Notes under the pieces: model-generated | Database searches by the model: none | Seen by the model: the letters and a program-made list of their open reading frames with translations, nothing else | What the model was told of the DNA's origin: nothing | Shown here: piece after piece, positions 24,388 to 38,375 of the stretch | Position numbering within the stretch: the stretch's first letter is position 1 | How the letters are laid out: each line of letters opens with the position of its first letter | Source of the DNA: Paraspadella gotoi | Taxonomy: Eukaryota; Animalia; Chaetognatha | Length of the DNA: 64,000 nt | Assembly (NCBI GenBank): GCA_051294375.1 | Contig: CM119269.1 | Span: 22,803,808 to 22,867,807 of the forward strand | Direction of reading: 5' to 3' | Translations under genes and position numbers: made by a program

Positions 24388-26064
24388 GTTATATTGGGGA
24401 TGAGGGGAAGATTGGCGGGGATTTGGGAGATGGGGAATCATCGGTGGGGCTTGGGAATCGGGGAGATTTTAATTGGGGATCGGGAAATCTGGATTTGGGG
24501 ATCGGGGAGTTTTAATTGGGGATTTGCGGGATATGGAATTGGGGATCAATGAGAGTTTAAAATTGGGGATTGCGGAATACTGGATTGGGGATGCCTGGGG
24601 ATATGGGGTTTTAATGGAGATCGGTGCTGTGATTGGCGGTGGGAGTATGGTATCAGGATATGGTGGGAAATCAGGAGAGCTTCTTCGTATGGGAGTACGG
24701 GGAAAGGCAATTGGGCATTTGCCTAAGTTTATCATCTTGGATCGTGTTGTAATTGGAAACATTAGGATTACCGTTGGAGAGTTTTAATCTGAAGATCGGG
24801 CGATACTTAATTTTGGGATCTGTGGTAAATATGATCCGATGTCTGCAGTTGGGGAGTTTTAATTAGGGATCGGGGATGAATTTGACATTGGAGAATTACC
24901 ATTAGGATGGAATTTGCTAGTGGTCAATTACAGTTCATCCATTTAATAATTAAGTTTTTTAAAAAAATTGATCCCCATTTTTTGAATTAAAACTTTATAA
25001 CAGAAAAGGGTCATTCAGTATCAACTTTATAAATAGGCTAAATGGAGTACAAATTCAGAAAGCTTGAGCTCCTGCGATTTCGAAAACTGTATTCATTATA
25101 AGCATTCCTGACCTGCCCATCTTTACCCATTTTATATGCGGTTTTAATCCCCATTAATGATAAAATAAAAGAACCTACACCACCCACACACACTATCCCT
25201 GCACAAGCCAGTTGCCCCCCACGGTCCAACACCGACAAAGGCCAACTCGATCCCACCCCTCCACTTTCCGCTTTATTGCCATCTTCTTCTTAACTCGAAC
25301 TTTTTTATCCCTACCGTGAAAACACCACCACCCCATGTCCCACCTACCCAGTAAGAGATGACATTTTTCAAATTCCCCCCATGATCTTGCAACTTGCACC
25401 TTAATCTTTAAACCTTCAAACCTGATTCCTTTTAACAAGACGCGTTTAAAATTGTCTCTCTTCCTATTCTTTTTCTAACTCCGTTTAATCAAATGTGCTC
25501 TCGTCTTCCCATTTCCGAAGATGTGTTTAATTCTAATCAAATTCTTTAATTCAATATTATCTTGCAGTCGTTTAGGCGCTGTCAACCTCTTGCAAAATAT
25601 ACAGTGTTGTTAGATTCATTGTAGCTCGAATTGCCTCTTTAACCATCTCATTTACACACTGCACAGCCATTTTTTGTTCATTGACTGGAAAATCCTACAC
25701 CCCCCCCCCTCCAGAAGTAAACGAGAAGATTAATTGCTTATTGTCCCTTCTAAATTATCCCATACCGTGTTTTAACTTCTTACTCTAGAATTGTTTTAAT
25801 CAACCAGCATTAAAACAAATCTTTAGCAAATGTGCTTTACCCTTTACCTAACCAATTTTGTTTATGTTACCAATTTAAAAAAAATTATTTGAAAACGGAA
25901 TTGTGTTGTTACATATTATATAATAAGAACTTATTTTTTTGTGATTACTGATGTAAATAATAATGTATAATTTCTCTGATATATTAGCTCTAACACAATC
26001 ATAGTTATATCGTATTTTATGCGAGACATTGACCTTTCCCTCTTAAAAATGATGAACCTAACAG

Positions 26065-26228
26065 GCTAACGTTGAACCGCGGAATGCTCGACGATGATAT
26101 GGCAATCTGGATCACGGTTGCTTGCGAAGATCCACAGCTTCATCAATGTCCCCTGTCTGCAAGGAATCAAAGGCCAACAATGGACTTGCGTCTTCGAACG
26201 AGTCATGGCGTTGGCTGATAAAAGATGA
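26065..26228 (+). CDS. LicD-HtrL gene terminal exon (needs 1-bp corrections)
   Basis: LNRGMLDDDMAIWITVACEDPQL resembles HtrL g..DDDQ.......PelF. A shifted frame then gives FINVPC...WTCVFERVMALADKR*. Confidence 0.6.
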
Positions 26229-27559
26229 CCGGACGTTGACGGCGACGTTGGGAGAGCCGTACTAATGAAATTCAGAATCGCTAGCCGAAGATGTACTTTA
26301 GTACTTTTCGTGGTACTTTTAGCTTGTGCTGTTTGACCCACCGTTCGCTGGTAACGGTGGATTCTTTTTTTATTAAAATTGTTTCATTCTATATAAGGTC
26401 GTATTAATAATTTTAAATGTGATATTTTTGATCTTTATTTCAATCACGTGGCTATGATTACGTTTATATTTGGTTCCAACTAGGATATAAAATTATCTCA
26501 TTCATTTCAATTAATTAGCTATAATTTTCTTACTTGTTCTCTTATAAGTAATTTTTTCATTTGCTTCCGCAGTTTTCCTACCATAATTTGTCAAAAAGCA
26601 ATGAATATTTGATATTTGCTTTTAATCGATTAACTAATTTTGAATAAACTATTTTTCAGTAATGTTAATATTTATTAACATAGCTAAACATAGCCAAGAA
26701 TTAGTTTTCGTAACCGGACGTCCTAATAAGAACTCTGAGAAGTTTACTACTTTAATCATCCGTCGAAATTTAAAAAGACAAAAAAAAATCTCATTACGAT
26801 TGGATTTCAAAAGTAAAACGAGATTTTAAATTTAATTTCATTTAATTTAATTTAAAATTTCCTCGAGAGATGTCTATATCTTAATTGAAGAGGGCGTCTT
26901 TGTCGTCATCAACGTCGTCGTATTTGTCATCTTCATAGGGCGGTGTCGTTATCTTCGTCATTATCTTGACCATTGTTGCCTTCATCGTTGTCATTTTATT
27001 CATTGTTAGTTTTCATGGGTGTCATTGTTTTCAATATAATCGTTGTCAACCTCGTTGTCATCTTTGTCATTGTTATCAATGTCGTTGTTGTCATCTTTGT
27101 CATTGTTATCTATGTCGTCGTCGTCATCTTCCCCAATCGTCATCAGCGAATTCGGCGTCGATTCGACTTTATCCGATTCGCGTCATCAGCGACGAGAGAG
27201 AGACAGAGAGGGACAGAGAGAGAGAAAGACAGAGACAGTCCAGCAGCGAAATCGATTTTCGTCGACCTGAAATTAACAGAAATCAATCGATACCAAATCT
27301 AGGTTTTCAATGTTACAACAACGAAACTATCTAACGCTTTATTACTAAAATGCTTTAATAAGGGAATACTGTCGCGCGGATATTGTAATTCTTTAATCCC
27401 GGGATGTTTCTAAACTAATAATTGTGTACGAGATAGATTATTAGAATGATACTAAATGAGATTGAATTAATCTCATTTGCATAATGCATATCGTGGTATA
27501 TTATTCCAATTTTCATTTGGTTTATGTTCCGTTTTTGTTAATATGCCAATTATCTCTCC

Positions 27560-29403
27560 GTCAACGGTTTGTAATGTTATGATAAAAGGACAAAATTGAC
27601 GAAAATAAAGATAAAGAATTGAAACGATAAACGAGGCTATATAAAGTAGTTTTGGCTTTTTTGTTCAAGTTGTTTTCTCGTATTTTGTTGGTGTGGTTTT
27701 CGTTTAGTTCCGGTAGATGTCGCCGGCAGGGAAAAAAAATGTTAAAGGCTCCAGAAAAAAAATATTTTGGGGAAGAAGAAGAAATTGAATAAAAACTGAA
27801 GAATAAAAAAATGGGGCAAATAAAAAACCACGGCAAAAAAATGGAAGAAAAACGGGAAATAAAAAACCTACGAGAAAACAACGCACACAAAAAAAAACGT
27901 CTCCCTGGATCGGAAAAAGGGAAAAACGCAAGACAGGCAGAGAGAAACGCGAGAGACGAAAGAGACAGAGAGAGAGAGAAAAGAGAGAAGAGAGAGAGGG
28001 GGGGGCCTGAGAGAGAGAGAGATGAGAGAGAGAGAAAAGAGAAGAGAGAAGGGACAGAGAGAGAGAAGAGAGGACAGAGAGAGAGATAAGAGAGAGAGAA
28101 GAGAGGGGGACCTGAGAGAGAGAGAGAGAGGAGAGAGAGAAGAGAAGAGAGAAGAGAGAGAGAGAGAGAGAAGAGAGAGGAGAAGAACGAGATTAATCTG
28201 ACTAAACAAACGGTTAATAGTTTTTTAAACAATTTAGATTTTCTTTCTAAACCAAGAAAAATAAATGTCAAAAAAAGTTGAGAAAAATTAAAAAAGAATA
28301 AGTATAAAACAGAAGGAATAAAATAAAGGTAAAAATACATATTAAACTTTGATAGCAATTGTTGTTAATTAAAAATGTACGAGAAAAAAAATGGGAGTTG
28401 ATTCAACCGCAGAAACTTTGATTGATTTTTTTGACGGCGCGTCATTATAAAGAAAATTTACATAAGAAAATATTTGAAAAGAGAAGGCAGACAGTAAAAA
28501 GACAGAAGAAAAGTATCCAGATAAGACAGACAAAAAGAGACTGAGAGAGACAGATTACGAACAGCCAGATAGACTGCAAGAGAGCGAAACGGATGAAACG
28601 GACAAGACTTATTGGTATTTTATTTTCCATATTATATTAATATACAATGGAGCTGGTTATTTTTGTTTGTTTAATTAAATTATATAAATGTCATTGATCA
28701 TGAGAATGATGGAGGCCTTAAACCCAAAGCCAGTCCGAAAATCAGAGGTCATAGATAGCTTATTTATTAATTTTCATGTTAGTTGTAATCAATTTCATAA
28801 TATTTAGTTTAAAAATACTATATTTCTGGTTTCCAGAAGTGGATGCGGAAAGCAGTAAGCCGAAGGCGGGAGAAGGAGGCGGAGAAAGGAGGGGGAGAAG
28901 AAATGAGGAGATGATGGTGCGAGGAGGAGCGGGAGTAGAGAGAGACTGCCACCCTACCTCACCTTTCGGTTCCGCACTTTCCCCCTATGCACTGCACAAT
29001 ATTCCTAGCATTTAAATGCGCATTCCTTTCCATCTTACTGCACTGGGCCTTTATTGACTGCACTAACCTCTCTTGACTGAACCTTGGCTCCCTTTTGACT
29101 ACACCTCGGCCTTGGACTGCTCAACCTTGCCCGCCCTTGGACTGCACCTTCCTCGCTTATCTTAACTGCAGTATCCCCACCTTTTTTACTGCACCAAGTA
29201 CAACGACTGCAACCTTCCCCCTTGTCTGAATCTCGATCTGACTGCCACTACCTCCTTATCTACTGCATCGCCCTCCCTTTTTTTCATTTCAGCGCCACTT
29301 CGAGATAAAGACGCTTCCGTTCGGAAAAATGCGTCGTCATCTTCTGCGGTTAAGATTCGTACGACGACGACTGACGACGACGACGACCGCCTTGCTCTCA
29401 GTG
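27560..29403. repeat. Interspersed composite repeat with GA tract and TTGACTGCAC minisatellite
   Basis: Noisy copies at about 37050-38220 plus 38560-39803 and 51350-52520; inverted partial copy at 41170-41695. Confidence 0.7.
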
Positions 29404-32019
29404 AGTTAAACATACAAACGTTGAGGAGAGATAATTGGCCAATTAAGAAACATCGTGTCTTTTTTTTTTCCTGCTTGTTGCTTCGATTTTCGATTAAGAT
29501 TGTGGTACACGCGATCGACGTGGAATTTGAACGTCTAGTTTACTGAAATAAACTTGTCGATTTTAAAATCGGTCACATGGCGTGTCGAAAAGTTAATGGG
29601 CAAAAAGGACGAAAAATACAGCGCCTCCCGCAGGGGAACACTTTACGCCGTGTCAAGTCGTTGTGACGCAGGCGAGACATCTCGGTATTGAGCGATGAAA
29701 GTGTGGTTAACATTAGCAATTTGAACTCCGATAGTATCTAAATCTTTAGTCGACGGAAACTCGAGCATAAAGCCGAATTCTCGTTCGCGGGCTAGATAGA
29801 AATAAACGGAAAACTACGGAGCTGGAACACGGATTAGTAAATTTGAGATATAAGAAACGAAATTTATAGAGTAGAATAATGTGATATGTTACTCATAAAA
29901 CTTAAATAGAGTAATTGGAGTGTATAATTTAATCTACAAGATTGGGTTTATTCATGTGGATTGACACGACTTTCGTGGACAGCCCCTTTGATTAATTGCG
30001 CTCGCTTTTTATCTTAGAGTGCCTCATTAATACTATTTTTTCAGAGGTAATATGTTGCTGAGTATCATCAACAACAACCGCGACAAGGAGGCTCTGAACT
30101 TGTAAACAAGTCCATAACTCTGACATTTAACCAAGTCGGGGTGTACTGATGTGAACTGTAACCTACTTAAATTCTTCCTATTGTTTATATCGTTCTTTCC
30201 CGGTATTGTTCTCTACTAACCATTTTGCAGTCATTATCATAGAAAAACAACTCTGGCACAATCAGCTAAAGTCAGGATCTAGAACTTGTGAACCCATCTT
30301 GCCAGATCGGCTTTTTATAACGGCAGTTCTCGTGCTTACTAAGTGTGAGAGCAAATAAATATCTCTCTCAAAACGAATATCTTAACATGGACGGATTGCC
30401 ATTCCCAGACAACATTGAGCGCGCAAACTGTCTGCCATGTAATTTGACTCGGCGTTGGCGTCAACCCCGGACTTTCTAGCCGGACCAAGCGTCAATCCCC
30501 GTCCAGTCCAGTGGAACGTTTGGGGTAACGCTCAACATGTCTGAAAAATCTTGAAAGCGCTTCTTCCACAAGGGACGCCGTCACGCTCTCAAGTGTCTAA
30601 GATGGGTAGACTTGAGACTCTTGCCTTGAGAGCTGGCGAGTCCAGAGAATGTTGTAATAGGGGTGGGAAGAGATAGAGTAAGAGAGGGAAGAGGTTGATG
30701 TAGAGAGGGGAAGGGAGGGATGAGGAGGGAGGTGACGCAGGTCGGCTGGGCTAGTTCCCACTCCAATCAAGAGAAGCGCCTCATAGGTCACACTTGACGT
30801 CTCAGCTTATTTTTACATTCGCCGACCGAGATGTTTGTGGTTGGTTTATTTGTTTTTTGCTTTTATAGAATTCTCATAACGCAAAAATGAAAAAACCTTT
30901 TTATTAAAAATATATTTTCAGAAATAAATAGTTGATGAAAATAATTTAAAACTTTTTCTAAATCTTATACACAACAAAAAAAAGGATTACAATACAAGAT
31001 TTCATTTCAAACTCTACGACTTACCAATACAACCCTCAAACTACCCCTAATCCGCGACCACCCTTAACCTCCATTGCTAACCGTTTTAAAAATATCATGC
31101 AAAATACGCGAATTAACAATAATTTAAACAATTATTCTTGCAAAACTGGAAGACACGCGCCGCCTAGAACTGCATTGCTCGCCAAGTCCGTCCCGCCCGC
31201 GGATCGAAGGATTGGCTGCCGGCCGGGTGAGACGGGAAGAGTGACTTGGGTGGTGCAGCGAAGGCCTTTGGTCGGTAGTTCGCAAGTGATAGTCGGTTCC
31301 TTGGGAAAGGCGGGTCACCGGCACGGCGGTCGTGTGGTTGGCCATAGAATGGAGCACTGAGAGCAAAAATTTATTTGAAATGATCAAAACAAGGATCTTT
31401 AGAACGTGGAGTATAGTATAATTTAACTAGAAACAAAAATCTTTGTTCTATTGTCTCCGGAACAGTATTATGTTAGTAAAGTATATAGAATATCAATATA
31501 TTGTAGAATATTCTTATAATTAATAAATTTAAAAAATAATAATTTTAATAAAGATTCGATTTTTTTAAAGTTGAATAAAAAATATAACATGTTATCAAAA
31601 ATTTCCTGTCATCTTCACATTTAAAACGGGGAAAAGAATAAAAAATTTAACTTTTTTATTCCTCTGTAATAGAAACTTATAGTTTTATATGTTTAAAACG
31701 TGTAGTCATTTTTTGCAAATCTAAACATTAAAATATCATATAACATTTTCAAAAAATTTCTTAGGTTTTTTACGGCGAATCAATCTGTTCTTAAAAATAA
31801 AAATTTTAAAATTTAATAATTGTATAAGGATATTATCTAACATAAATAATGTGAATTTACTATACTGTTAAAATTACTGTTATGTGCTAAAAGAAATTTT
31901 AAAGGATTTAAAATTTGTTAATTACATATCCAGTAGGCAGCAAAAAAAATAACGTTCAATACTCAATCTTTCATCACGGCTTGGAGAAATGCAGGAAACT
32001 TGCCCTTACTGTAATTTAT

Positions 32020-32520
32020 TTTAAACCCTAGATTTGTTTTTAACCCTAAATTTATCTTTAACACCTAGATTTACCTTAACCCTAAATTTACCCTTAACCC
32101 TAATTTACTCCAACCCTAAATTTACTCAACCCTAATTTCTATACCTCAACCCTAATTTACCCTCAACCCTAATTTACCTAATTTAGCCCTATTTAGCTCT
32201 TAACCCTATTTACGCCTTAACCCTAATTTTACACCCAACCCAATTTAGCCCCAAACCCTTAATTTTAACGCCCCACCCTAATTTACCCCCAACCCTAAAT
32301 TTCTCCCAACCCTAATTTACCCTCACCTAATATTTACCCTCAACCGCTAATTTACCCTTAATTTACCCCTAATTTACCCTTAAACACCTAATTAACCCCC
32401 AAAACCCTAATTACCCCCAACCCTAATTTACTCCCAGACCCTAATTTACCCTTAACCCTAATTTACCCTCACCCTAATTTACCCTCACCCTAATTTACCC
32501 CTAATTTTACTCTTTAACTC
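32020..32520. repeat. Degenerate telomere-like minisatellite (~17-bp AACCCTAATTTACCCTC)
   Basis: CCCTAA core. Related TTAGGG/TTAGG tracts at 13780-14240, 48800-48880 and 52535-52580. Confidence 0.75.
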
Positions 32521-33801
32521 CTCATGTTCCTATCCATAACTTGTCATTAACCCCTAACTAGCATTAACCTCTTAACTTACCATTAACTATCTTTCTTTTA
32601 ACTTCATTTTTAATCTTAAATTTTTTTTTTAATTTTAATTTTTTTGGCAGCAAAACTGTAGATTAAATTTGCACAACAAAATAACGCTGAGAAGACTTGA
32701 ATTAGAGAATCGGTCGTCGTCGTCGACGAAAGGCTAGAGAGTGGGAGACTTCATCTAGTTGGCCCGCGAAGTCGGCAAAAGAACGCGCGCCTCGAGAAAC
32801 GATCATTCGAAATGGGAACGTCATAGATTTCGCAGATGGCCGTCGCGCGGGACCAGGAGCGCAAAGCGGCAACTTTGGAGTCCCGCTCGGGGTCTTTTGA
32901 GGATGATCCGATTGAGACAGCGTGATTTGTTATTATGAAGCCTTTGTTAACTTTGGGCAAATAGTTGATGTTCTCTGAAAACTTATATCGACTGTTTTTA
33001 ACGTTAGTCCGTGACTCCGAGTCAAAACGAGCCGCAGTTTTAACGAAAACATCCAATATTTTCTAAAAAAACATAAAAGTAGCTTATTTAACCGTAATAA
33101 TCTATCTATTCATTATAATTTTCTGAAAAAAAAAGGAAAAAAATCGGGCGGAATAACGTTAATAAAACACGAAAATCAAAACACTGCTCTGATTCGTGAA
33201 ACCGCGGGCTGGCTCGACGAAGTGCCATGGCTCTCGGTTTTGGTTCAGGCGGTAACGTAAAGTTATGCGCGTTCAGGGCCGTGTAAAGAGTCCCAGAGCA
33301 AGACAAAAGTCAAGGATTTCTTTATTTCAAATGAAAAAAGCGTAAATTTTTGAGTGCTCCACCCAGAAACATAAGACAAAAGCAGAAATGGATCTCTCAG
33401 TCAGTTTTAAAAGAACTAATTAAGACTGGCGACACAGCGGGAATTAAATGGCCGAAAAACTCTTTAAAACAGGATTGTTATAATTAAACAAGCAAGCTTG
33501 GGTAAAATTTTTTAAAAATAGATACGCCTGTGTTTAAGACAAATCGAAAATCTAAATCTGACTGTGGGTAACATATGTATATATTTTAGTCTAGTCTCGG
33601 GAACGCGTAAGTTTCAAGTACGAAAGTGAAAAAATTTCCTCGTAAAACCAGTACCTTTGGTCCATCGTACCAGTATCGAAAATGACCGAATTTTCGGAGT
33701 GTCCACCGACACGGGTTTCCACAAGACGCCCCGCTTTGAAAATTAAACCAATTTTTATAATAATAAAATTCGGTCCTTTTTTTTCTGCGGGAATAACAAG
33801 G

Positions 33802-34514
33802 TTATGGCAACAGCCGGTTGCCTGTGATGCCATCTGGGATGGGCAAATCTCACTGTTGGCTTTGGGGGCTTCCGACCCTCTAGTGACGCCTCCAGTCACT
33901 GGCGCGGTTACCGGCTAGGACGGTCTCGCTTTGCCAAACGCAGAGGGAAATCGTTAGGACTGTGGATGGAACACTACGCTTGGGATGGTGTGTTTCCCCT
34001 CTGAGCCAATGGATTTGGCTGAAGGATGGTGGAGTGAGGCGGTGTGAAAATACCGCCACAGATCCCCGGGCCAAGACATCACTCAGGTTCCTGCAAAGCC
34101 TGAGAGGTGTCTTGACAAGACTGTTACCATAGTGGGAGAAGAGAGAGAGAAGCCGCGAGTTGTGGGGGCATAAGGCGTTTGTCGTAGCGTAACCCAGGGT
34201 GCATAGGCGTTTGTCGTAGCGTACCTGAGAAGGTTGCGTGTTCGATAGTAGGGCTCACCAACTTATGGCAACAGCCGGTTGCCTTGTGATGCCCATTGGA
34301 TTGGGGCATCTCACTGTTGCTTTGGGGCTTCCGACCCTCATGACGCCTCCAGTCACTGGCGCGGTTACCCCTAGGACGGTCTCGTTTGCCAACGCAGACG
34401 GGAAGTCGTTTAGCTGTGGATGGAACACTACGCCTGGGATGTGGTGTTCACCCCTCTGAGCCAATGGTTTGGCTGAAGATGGTGGACGTGAGGCGGTGTG
34501 AATATACCGCCACA
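33802..34514. repeat. Two ~255-bp GC-rich direct repeats (33802-34060, 34263-34514) with a terminal hairpin
   Basis: Both run TTATGGCAACAGCCGGTTGCC...GGCGGTGTGAA(T/A)ATACCGCCACA; about 200-bp spacer. Confidence 0.85.
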
Positions 34515-34949
34515 AGGTGAACCAAAAAAAAGCGGTGAAAACCCGGAATCCTGATCCCCCTCGCCCGAAAACGAATGTTTTATCTACATATTAACAAACG
34601 GAACATAAACCAAATGAAAATTAATGGTTCCAAATGGAACGGGAATTCTCATGGCTCCNNNNNNNNNNNNNNNNNNNNNNNNNCTGTAACCCCAGAAAGA
34701 GGAGGGTGCTACCCAGAGGTTGGTGCGCATTATAGTCCTTAAATAGAGAGTTGGCAATTCGTGGATCGAGAGACGAGCCCGAGATAGACGACGAGCATGT
34801 GAGAGAGAGAAGACGAAGACGAACGAAGACAGGCGACAGAGAAGAAAGAAAGCGCTTGAGTGAGAAGAGGTACGAGGAAACTTTCGGCGGGGGAAGGATG
34901 GAAAGAAAAGAGAGGAAAGACTATATGCCCAATTTAAATCTAAATCATA

Positions 34950-36930
34950 GCTTAGGAGTAGAATATTAAGATTTTTAAAAAGCCTAACTATTTTTCGCTA
35001 CTCAGATAATTCTTAACAAGATAATCTTTAAATCGGTTCAAACAACATTATGGCACAAAAAAAACGATTCGTCAGAAGATGGACAAAACATGGACAAAAA
35101 CGATTATCAAAGCTGATGGCAAATATGGACACAAAAAAAAACGATCGTTCAAAATGACAAAAATGGACAAAAAAACGAATCGTCAAAGATAGAAGAGCAA
35201 AAGAAAAGATATAGAGGACAAAAAATACGATCTCAGTCAAAGATGGCAAAAATTGACAAACAAATGGGCGATGACGACGGCGACAAGGAATGATGACGAT
35301 GATGGGAATGACGATGATTGATATGGATGACTAACGATCTTGACAAGGATAAACGAAAACACGACTAAAAATGACCAAGAATGACGGACGCGACGACAAC
35401 GATCGACGAGCAACAACAACAAAACAACGACACGTCTTCGTCTCCATCCTCTTCTTCCTCTCGGTTCCCGAGCCCGCTCAATTTCTATTGCATTAATCTG
35501 AGCTCAAAGGAATAAACGAGGAGAATAAAAAAAGTACGCCGCTGGGGACATGTACGGAATGTTTTAGATTGACAATGGGACAGACCGGAGCACTGGCATC
35601 TGGACGGACGGAGACTGCATGACTCGACAGAGTAACTTGGCATGGACGGACAGAGAACTAGGCATGACGTGATGTGGAGACTGGCCCATGGAAACAGACA
35701 GAGACTGGCAGAATGGACAGATCGGACACTGACATGGACGAGAACGGAGATTGACATTGATGGACGGAGATGCTGGCGGCAGACTGGCAGAACCGGCATG
35801 GACGACATGAGCTGGCCAATGGAAGCGGACGGAGGACTGGCATGGACGGAACGGACATGGACGGACGGGAGGAACTGTGCAATGGATGTAATGGGAGACT
35901 GGCATGGACGGATGGAGATTGACATGACGGACGGAGATTTACATGGACGGACGCGAGAACTGCTATGGACGGAACCGGAGGACTGGCAACGGAGGGACGG
36001 AGACTCGCATGGACGGACGCGAGACCATGCATTGGACGGAACGGAAACTGGCAGGACGGACGGGGACTTGACATGGAAATGAGATAGGACTGACACAGAC
36101 CGACACAGGGACTGTCGGGGACAGATAACTGCGACAAACAGCTACTGACACTTGACGACACGACGACTTACACATGACTGACAGACTGAAACCAGGACAC
36201 GAACAGAGACCGAAGCCAACAGGTACAACTTCAAACGACCAAATGTCCTGGCGATTCTAAATGGTGTCAATGTCATAGGCCACGACATAATTGAGCGCTA
36301 GAATCTGACATTGGCCCTGTGTTGGGGACTGATTGATGCCTGACTAACAGGGCCTGTTGATACCTGACTAAAGGGCCCGTAGCAAACGCCTGATTGGCCC
36401 TGATCTATTTCCGAGCTGCGAGTGCGGCTGCCAGGCTGCGGACTGCGAGTGGTGTAATAGAATTATACGACGCGACAAAGAAGAAGGCATTTAAACGAAG
36501 CATTTCTCTCGCCCTCTCCTTTACCATCTCTCTCTCATATTCCTATCTCCCCACTCTTTCTTACTAGAATGGAGAAATACGCTCAGATACTCGATTAAGG
36601 CACCGGGTTTCATACGGAGTCTCTGCGCTTCGGATTTACATACGGGGTTACGTGTCTGACTTTTACAAATAACCTCGGGCCAAGGCCAAAGCAACTGGCC
36701 TTTTCCGAATGCGGGGAAATGATACGAAGCGCAAATTACAATGCGAGTTTCCGAGAGGCGCGGAACACAGAACCAATCTCACATTTACATACAGTTTTTT
36801 CTTAAATTAAGAAAAGCATTGACAGCAATTACATAAGGGTTTTGTTAAATGAAATGATTAAAATCTATTTCTTGTGAATAAATAAAAGGCACTTAAAATT
36901 TACAGGTTTTCCAAATTTGAAAAAAAAAAT
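34950..36930 (-). repeat. Composite minisatellite repeat, copy 1 (noisy)
   Basis: Reverse complement of 44349-46520. Confidence 0.8.
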
Positions 36931-37930
36931 GGATCCTTTCCTTTTTTCTCTCTATCTTCTCCTGTTCTTTGCTTTCTTATTTTGTTTTCTACTTTTGTGT
37001 TACTGCTCGGTTGTCTAAGTTACTTCTAATTTAAAATGCATTGACAGACAGACAAAACTTTGACGAAAAATTACAAGATAGAAAATTGACAAACGAAAGA
37101 CGTCGAGGCATGGGGGTAGTATACAAGTTATGGTTTGTGCGCTTTTTGTTCAACGTTAGTAATTCTCGTATTTTATCGTGTGTTTGTGTCTTTATCGTAT
37201 AGCTGTCCGGTAGGATGTCGGCTCGGTCAAGCGTGGGTCGGATGAGATGACAAAAAAACGATCGAAGTTAAATCCACGAGAGACAAGGGAATAATGGGGG
37301 AAGAAAAGATGAAACTTGTAATTATAACAAAGACTGGAAGAGAGATGGTAAGAAGAAAATGGGGGCAAAGTAGAAGAAGAAAAAAAAGAAACCGGAATGA
37401 AGAAAGATGTGGGAGAGAAGAAAAAGGCGCAACAAATAAAGATAAAGAGAAGAAGAAAAAAATAAAGACATGACGAGACACAAAAAACAAGAACGGATTT
37501 GAATACTTGGTCATTTGAAGAAGAGAGACAAGAAGAGAAGAATTCACTGGGAATTGGATAAGAATGGAGATATGAACATAAGACAATTAGAGGAATGTAG
37601 GAGATTGAAGAGGAATTTATAAGGAATATGAAGGAGATGAAAGAAGGATTGAGGTAGAAGATAATATGACTGTATAGAGATGAAGAGGTTGAAGGAGGAA
37701 GATAATGAAGATACGAGAGATAGATGAGTGAGAGAGGGAGGAGTGTAAGTGAGAAGTTCGGACCTGAGTGAGCAGAGAGAGAAGAGAGAGAGAGAGAGAA
37801 AAGACGAGCGAGAGAGAGGACAGAGAGCGAGAGAGAAAGAGAGCGGACAAGCAGAAAGAGAGAGAGAGAGAGAGGAGGACGAGAGAGAGAGAGAGTATGA
37901 GAGAGAGAGAGAGAGGAAGAGATGAGAGAG

Positions 37931-37965
<35 letters not shown>

Positions 37966-38332
37966 GATTAATCTGGACTAAACAAACGGTTATAGTTTAA
38001 ACAATTAGATTTTCTTTCTAACCAAAGAAAAAATTAAAATTTCAAAAAAGTTGAGAAAGTTAAAAAGAAAATAAAAAGTTATAAAAGACAAAAAGAATAA
38101 GAAATAAGAGGTAAAGATACCATAGATTAAAACTTTATTAGCAGAATTCGTGTTAATTAAAAATGTACTCGGTGAGAAAAAAATGGAGTTGATTCAACCG
38201 CAGAAAAACTTTGATGATTTATTTGACTTTATTAAGGTTTATTTTGTGATTAGGGGACAGACATCGTAAAGAGTGAGGCAGAACGGGGTTTTTCCTATGC
38301 ACCCTTTAATTTCAATATTATTTAAATGTTAT

Positions 38333-38375
38333 AACCGCTGATAGAAGGCTTGAAAGAGAGCCGAAAATGTCTGTT
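38333..38375 (+). ncRNA. Noisy duplicate of the HHR motif at 52682
   Basis: CTGATAGAAGGCTTGAAAGAGAGCCGAAAATGTCTGTT within the duplicated segment. Confidence 0.5.

Noticed and set aside
25040-25690. Minus-strand coding-like relic within the LicD-HtrL intron
   Set aside because: Interrupted by stops and frameshifts; no family could be assigned.
32020-32520. True or interstitial telomere
   Set aside because: Degenerate 17-bp unit rather than pure (TTAGGG)n or (TTAGG)n; similar tracts are dispersed.
32680-32715. AACGCTGAGAAGACTTGAATT, HHR-like 5' half
   Set aside because: Stem II and GAAAC cannot be completed.
33870-33930. GCC-TCC...GGC resembling HDV ribozyme P3/L3
   Set aside because: Loop too long; no P1.1 GG or J4/2 in register.
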